This document shows, piece by piece, positions 59,464-64,000 of a stretch of 64,000 nucleotides of DNA. The translations under genes and the position numbers were made by a program. The notes below the pieces were generated by a model, which saw nothing but the letters and a program-made list of their open reading frames with translations, searched no databases and was not told the origin of the DNA. Position 1 is the first letter of the stretch. Every line of letters begins with the position of its first letter. Source of the stretch: a virus; the IMG/VR virus record IMGVR_UViG_3300022921_001386. One strand, 5' to 3'.

Positions 59464-60294
59464 ATGGCTAGAAAAATAAACTATCTCAATAACAAAGACA
59501 TGTTGTTGGAGATACACCGAAGTAAGGCTACATTTTGTAGTTACATTGCACCAGAACATGCTGATTATGATATTATTTTGCCCAGTGTAGATAAAATCAA
59601 CATAAGAACTATTGCCGAAGCAAAGAGAAACAAAGCAAAACTGCAAGGATCTCGTGCATACGAAGCTGCAAAGGCTTCTGGCAAAAAGGTAAAGATGGCA
59701 GAGTTTTCAGTAGATTATAGAAAGATTGAAAAAAACGAACTAATCTTTCGTATTATGACATTTGATCATATTCCAGAAGAGCCCGGAAGAAAGAAAAATC
59801 CTAAAACAGTTGCCGATCATAAAACTAAACTAAACTTTCCTCCATTTCAGCACTATAAGTTTGATGATGATGATAATCTTATTTGTGTAGGAAAAAGTCA
59901 CTGGGAAGGTGGCATGGAAAACGGATATTTTAACAAAGGACACGGCATGGCAACCAATAAACTTGCTATGATGTGGTTAAAACTTGTTGATCGTTATGCT
60001 ACCCGTGGTAATGTGCGTGGATATACTTACAATGACGAAATGAAAGGCCAGGCAATACTACAACTGTCGCAGATTGGACTACAGTTTGACGAAGCAAAGT
60101 CTAACAATCCGTTTGCATACTACACTGCTGTGGTTACTAACTCGTTTGTGCGTGTGATTAACATTGAAAAACGTGCGCAGAACATAAGAGATGACATTTT
60201 AGAGATGAATGACATGAATCCTAGTCATACTAGACTACATGCAGGCGAATGGGAAGCTGCTGTAAAGCGCGAAGAGAGTGCAACTAAAAAATAA
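59464..60294 (+). CDS. Late transcription sigma factor (T4 gp55-like)
   Basis: NYLNNKDML; RGYTYNDEM...FDEAKSNNPFAYYT...NSFVRVINIEKR; synteny with gp47-gp46. Confidence 0.88.
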   Translation: MARKINYLNNKDMLLEIHRSKATFCSYIAPEHADYDIILPSVDKINIRTIAEAKRNKAKLQGSRAYEAAKASGKKVKMAEFSVDYRKIEKNELIFRIMTFDHIPEEPGRKKNPKTVADHKTKLNFPPFQHYKFDDDDNLICVGKSHWEGGMENGYFNKGHGMATNKLAMMWLKLVDRYATRGNVRGYTYNDEMKGQAILQLSQIGLQFDEAKSNNPFAYYTAVVTNSFVRVINIEKRAQNIRDDILEMNDMNPSHTRLHAGEWEAAVKREESATKK

Positions 60295-60297
60295 AGG

Positions 60298-60326
60298 TTG
60301 ATCTTCCTAAAAATCTAGTTTATAAT
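60298..60326 (+). promoter_or_regulatory. sigma70-type promoter for gp47/gp46
   Basis: TTGATC-17 bp-TATAAT; GGAG RBS before TTG 60349. Confidence 0.7.
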
Positions 60327-60348
60327 ATACAGGAAATGGAGAATATTC

Positions 60349-61362
60349 TTGTTTAACAAAGCAGCGGTGTTTACTGACATACATTTAGGTATGAAAGGCA
60401 ACAGTCGAGTCCATAATCAGGACTGCGAGGACTATATTGATTGGTATATCGAACAAGCCAAGGCTCACGGATGTGAAACTGGATTGTTTTGTGGTGACTG
60501 GCATCATAATCGCAACAGTCTTAACCTTACAACTATGGATACGACTATTAGGCTACTAGAAAAACTAGGTGAAGCCTTTGAAAACTTCTATATGTTTGCT
60601 GGTAATCACGACTTGTACTACAAAGACAAACGTGATATTAGTTCGACTGAGTTTGCAAGACACATACCAGGCATTACCGTAATAGATCAAATGATGGTCA
60701 AAGACGATGTTGCACTGGTGCCTTGGTTGGTTGGCGATGAATGGAAGAAGATTGAAAAGTTAAAAGCAAAATACTTGTTTGGTCACTTCGAACTCCCATC
60801 GTTCTACATGAACGCTATGGTACAAATGCCGGACCACGGAGAACTTAAAGCTGAACACTTTAAGAACCAAGAGTATGTGTTCAGTGGTCACTTCCACAAA
60901 CGTCAGAAGCAAGGCAAAGTACATTACATTGGTAATGCTTTTCCACATAACTACGCTGATGCGTGGGACGATGCACGTGGTATGATGATACTGGACAAAG
61001 AGAATGATGCAGAACCACTGTACATCGATTGGGAAGAGTGTCCTAAGTATCGTACAGTCAGGCTATCCAAGTTGATTGACGAGAAGGATACACTTATCAA
61101 GCCAAACATGTACCTTAGAGTTACACTAGACATTGATATTAGCTACGAAGAGGCAACCTTTATCAAAGAAACCTTTATGGAAGCATATAGTTGCAGAGAA
61201 ATAACACTTATTCCAAACAAGAATATAGAAGATATTACTACTGATCTTGATATCGAACAGTTTGAGAGCGTAGATCAGATCGTAAGCAATGAGATACAAG
61301 CAATCGACAGCGAACAGTTCAACAAAAAACTATTATTAGACATATATAACGAGCTAACATGA
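60349..61362 (+). CDS. Recombination endonuclease subunit (T4 gp47/Mre11/SbcD-like)
   Basis: Metallophosphoesterase motifs DIHLG, GDWHH, GNHD, GHFE, SGHFH. Confidence 0.95.
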   Translation: MFNKAAVFTDIHLGMKGNSRVHNQDCEDYIDWYIEQAKAHGCETGLFCGDWHHNRNSLNLTTMDTTIRLLEKLGEAFENFYMFAGNHDLYYKDKRDISSTEFARHIPGITVIDQMMVKDDVALVPWLVGDEWKKIEKLKAKYLFGHFELPSFYMNAMVQMPDHGELKAEHFKNQEYVFSGHFHKRQKQGKVHYIGNAFPHNYADAWDDARGMMILDKENDAEPLYIDWEECPKYRTVRLSKLIDEKDTLIKPNMYLRVTLDIDISYEEATFIKETFMEAYSCREITLIPNKNIEDITTDLDIEQFESVDQIVSNEIQAIDSEQFNKKLLLDIYNELT

Positions 61363-63137
61363 TTAAAATACAAGACTTAACCGTAAAGAACTTCATGAGT
61401 GTGGGTAATGTTACTCAGGCTGTAGACTTCAACAAAGAACAACTAACACTTGTACTAGGAGAGAACTTAGATCAAGGCGGAGACGACACTGGATCACGTA
61501 ATGGTACAGGTAAGACTACTATCATCAACGCATTAAGCTATGCATTGTATGGTACAGCTCTTACAAACATCAAACGCAACAACTTGATCAACAAAACCAA
61601 CAGCAAAGGCATGTTAGTTACTCTTAACTTCGGTATAGGTACTAACCAATACCGCATCGAGCGTGGTAGATCTCCAAATGTTCTCAAGTTTTACGTGAAC
61701 AATCACGAACAAAAGGATGATTTACACGACGAATCGCAAGGCGATAGTAGAAAAACACAAGAAGATATCAATAGTTTGCTTGACATGAGCCATGATATGT
61801 TTAAACACGTAGTTGCACTCAATACTTACACAGAACCTTTCCTAAGTATGCGAGCAAACGATCAACGTGCTATTATTGAGCAGTTATTGGGCATTACTAT
61901 TCTTACCGAAAAAGCAGATAGCTTAAAAGAAAAAGTAAAACAGACAAAAGATGCTATCACAGAAGAAACATTAAAGATCAATGCCATCGAAGCTGCAAAT
62001 AAAAAGATTGAGCAGAGTATTGAAACACTTGCAGGTAGACAACGTGCTTGGCAAAGCAAAAGTAGACAAGATCAAGATAGATTAGCAGCAGGGATTGAAG
62101 AATTAGAGAAGTTGGACATTGAATATGAGCTTGATGCACATGAAAAACTGGCTAGCTGGACTGAACACAACAACAAACTAACCTCTTTAAGGAAAGAGTT
62201 AAGCACACTCGAGCCTGCACTACGGCGTGCTACTACTAGTGTTGAAAAGGTTAATAAAGACATCTTAGAATTAAAGGATGCAACATGTTATACTTGCGGT
62301 CAAGAGCTACATGCAGACAAAAAAGCTGAGATTGAATCGCTAAAAGTACAAGAACTAGATGATGCAGTTGCATATCAAAGCGAAGTTTCAAGTAAACTAA
62401 ACACAACTATGCAGCTATTAGAAGAGATTGGCGATATCAACGGCAAGCCTACTACGTTTTACGAAAGTGCTAAAGAAGCATACGAACATAGAAACAACGT
62501 AGATAACTTGCGCAGTACATTAATAAGTAAACAGCAAGAAGAAGATCCATATCAAACACAGATTGACGATTTAACAGAGACAGCACTACAAAATATCGAT
62601 TGGGAACCAGTTAACCAGCTTACGTTACTCAAAGAACACCAAGAGTTTTTGCTTAAACTGTTGACAAACAAAGATTCGTTCATTCGTAAAAAGATTATAG
62701 ATCAAAACTTAGCGTACTTGAACAATAGGCTCACATACTATCTTGATAAACTAGGCTTGCCGCATCAAGTTCAGTTCCAAAACGATTTGTCAACTGAGAT
62801 TACTCAGCTAGGACAAGACTTGGACTTTGATAACTTGAGTCGAGGCGAGCGCAACAGGCTGATACTAGGCATGAGTTGGGCATTTAGAGATGTTTGGGAG
62901 TCATTGTATCAAGGTATTAACTTGTTGTTTATTGACGAACTTATTGACAGTGGCATGGACACTGCTGGCGTTGAGTCAGCACTTGCTGTACTAAAGAAAA
63001 TGGGTAGAGAACGTAGTAAAAATGTTTTCTTAATCTCACACAAAGACGAACTAATAGGCAGAGTGAATCATGTCATGAAAGTGATTAAGGAAAACGGATT
63101 TACTAGTTACGAGAATGATATTGATATTGTAGAATAA
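61359..63137 (+). CDS. Recombination ATPase subunit (T4 gp46/Rad50/SbcC-like)
   Basis: Walker A NGTGKTT, coiled coils with CYTCG zinc hook, signature LSRGE, Walker B LLFIDE, ISH. Confidence 0.95.
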   Translation: MIKIQDLTVKNFMSVGNVTQAVDFNKEQLTLVLGENLDQGGDDTGSRNGTGKTTIINALSYALYGTALTNIKRNNLINKTNSKGMLVTLNFGIGTNQYRIERGRSPNVLKFYVNNHEQKDDLHDESQGDSRKTQEDINSLLDMSHDMFKHVVALNTYTEPFLSMRANDQRAIIEQLLGITILTEKADSLKEKVKQTKDAITEETLKINAIEAANKKIEQSIETLAGRQRAWQSKSRQDQDRLAAGIEELEKLDIEYELDAHEKLASWTEHNNKLTSLRKELSTLEPALRRATTSVEKVNKDILELKDATCYTCGQELHADKKAEIESLKVQELDDAVAYQSEVSSKLNTTMQLLEEIGDINGKPTTFYESAKEAYEHRNNVDNLRSTLISKQQEEDPYQTQIDDLTETALQNIDWEPVNQLTLLKEHQEFLLKLLTNKDSFIRKKIIDQNLAYLNNRLTYYLDKLGLPHQVQFQNDLSTEITQLGQDLDFDNLSRGERNRLILGMSWAFRDVWESLYQGINLLFIDELIDSGMDTAGVESALAVLKKMGRERSKNVFLISHKDELIGRVNHVMKVIKENGFTSYENDIDIVE

Positions 63138-63346
63138 TGAACGATACTCACGATCAAATAATGCAAGCTGTGTTAAGTTACTTGAAAGCCAGCGAAACTT
63201 TTGAAAGAAGACCGAGTGAAAGTACAAAACGTACTGCTCGGAGAGAATTAAGGCTGCTAATGGGATTAGCAAAACAAAGGCAAGACGAAATAATAGACAA
63301 ATATGAAAAACACATAACCGAACTACGTAATAATAGAGACACATAG
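63137..63346 (+). CDS. Small hypothetical protein (69 aa)
   Basis: TAATG overlap with gp46; helical and basic. Confidence 0.7.
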   Translation: MNDTHDQIMQAVLSYLKASETFERRPSESTKRTARRELRLLMGLAKQRQDEIIDKYEKHITELRNNRDT

Positions 63347-63397
63347 GCATTTATTCAAAAAAGGCACGTGAGGTAAAGGCAAACAAGTAACTACTGT

Positions 63398-63847
63398 ATG
63401 AGTTGGACATATCGAGGTAAAGAAATAACTGAAATACCAGATGAGTATGAAGGATTTGTTTATCTTATCACCAACCTTACTAACAATCAAAAATACATAG
63501 GCAAAAAACTAGCAAAGTTCAAAACTACTAAGCCACCTTTAAAAGGCAAGAAAAATAAAAGACGCGGCTACAAAGAAAGCGACTGGAGAACATACTACGG
63601 TAGTTCAGACAGACTAAACGCAGACGTAGCAGCACTAGGCAAAGATAAGTTTACAAGAGAAATATTATACCTATGTAAAGGTAGAGGCGAAATGTCCTAC
63701 ATAGAGGCACGAGAACAGTTTGATCGCAGAGTACTTGAAACAGATGAATACTATAATGGTATTATTAATGTTAGAGTCGGCGGATCAGACAAACTCAAAC
63801 AGGCATTGCTAGAACATTCCATCAAGGCAAAACAATCCAACACATAA
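63398..63847 (+). CDS. GIY-YIG family nuclease-like protein
   Basis: GFVYLITNLTNNQKYIGKK...YYGSS...FTREIL...E...YYN. Confidence 0.8.
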   Translation: MSWTYRGKEITEIPDEYEGFVYLITNLTNNQKYIGKKLAKFKTTKPPLKGKKNKRRGYKESDWRTYYGSSDRLNADVAALGKDKFTREILYLCKGRGEMSYIEAREQFDRRVLETDEYYNGIINVRVGGSDKLKQALLEHSIKAKQSNT

Positions 63848-64000
63848 GGTTGGCGGGCCAGTTCATACACACCGCTGTGGAAAAAGCTACCGTATAGGAG
63901 CACACGTAACATACTGATCGACTACCCAGAGGTAGGAAGCCATCAAACAAATTGGGCTCACAGGTTGGTATAGATAGATTGTTGGCTGTCGAAAAACTGC
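63848..64000 (+). ncRNA. Possible structured RNA (5' part only, truncated by the window edge)
   Basis: No ORF in the track; GC-richer than the surroundings; nested stems such as TGAT-cga-CTACC-caga-GGTAG-gaagcc-ATCA. Confidence 0.3.

Noticed and set aside
49-63350. The many short (60-156 aa) ORFs antisense to or nested in long genes (e.g. 49..240, 13560..14030, 15055..15477, 51651..52100, 59344..59646)
   Set aside because: They overlap motif-bearing genes, have shadow-ORF composition and show no recognisable motifs.
63398-63847. Mobile homing endonuclease inserted in an intron
   Set aside because: No interrupted host gene is visible and there is no C-terminal DNA-binding domain; it resembles a stand-alone short GIY-YIG protein of T4-like phages.
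1-64000. Alternative genetic code, or a bacterial chromosome/prophage-host junction at about 27 kb
   Set aside because: The standard code gives near-complete coding density with TAA, TAG and TGA all used as stops. The island has the same tight overlaps and promoter style as the structural region and contains a fibre-like gene with the phage late motif. No integrase or housekeeping genes are seen.

Overview
AT-rich, gene-dense DNA from a large T4-like myovirus (Caudoviricetes), probably an uncultured aquatic phage. The right part (27.2-64 kb) is a virion module on the minus strand: tail fibre-like proteins, a 4545-aa structural protein and baseplate genes (gp6, gp25, gp5, gp27-, gp53- and gp48/54-like). 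It is followed on the plus strand by the T4 core block gp55 (late sigma), gp47, gp46 and a GIY-YIG protein. The left 27 kb, directly downstream of the tail fibre genes, is an unusual biosynthetic island. It holds 11 radical SAM genes in three architectures (7 with an N-terminal Twitch-like Cys cluster), 3 QueC-like PP-loop ATP pyrophosphatases (each directly after a radical SAM gene), an SDR, a repeat-bearing methyltransferase and 4 glycosyltransferase-like genes. It also contains an inverted cassette: a fibre-like protein, an adenylate-forming enzyme, a flavin-dependent halogenase and a GNAT-like protein. The island runs off the left edge. My best reading is an uncharacterised phage hypermodification pathway (virion glycan/protein decoration, or DNA modification); the substrate cannot be determined from sequence alone. 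Near-consensus sigma70 promoters and a recurring TAAATA late-promoter motif are readable, and a possible structured RNA starts at the right edge. All family assignments come from motif recognition, not database searches.
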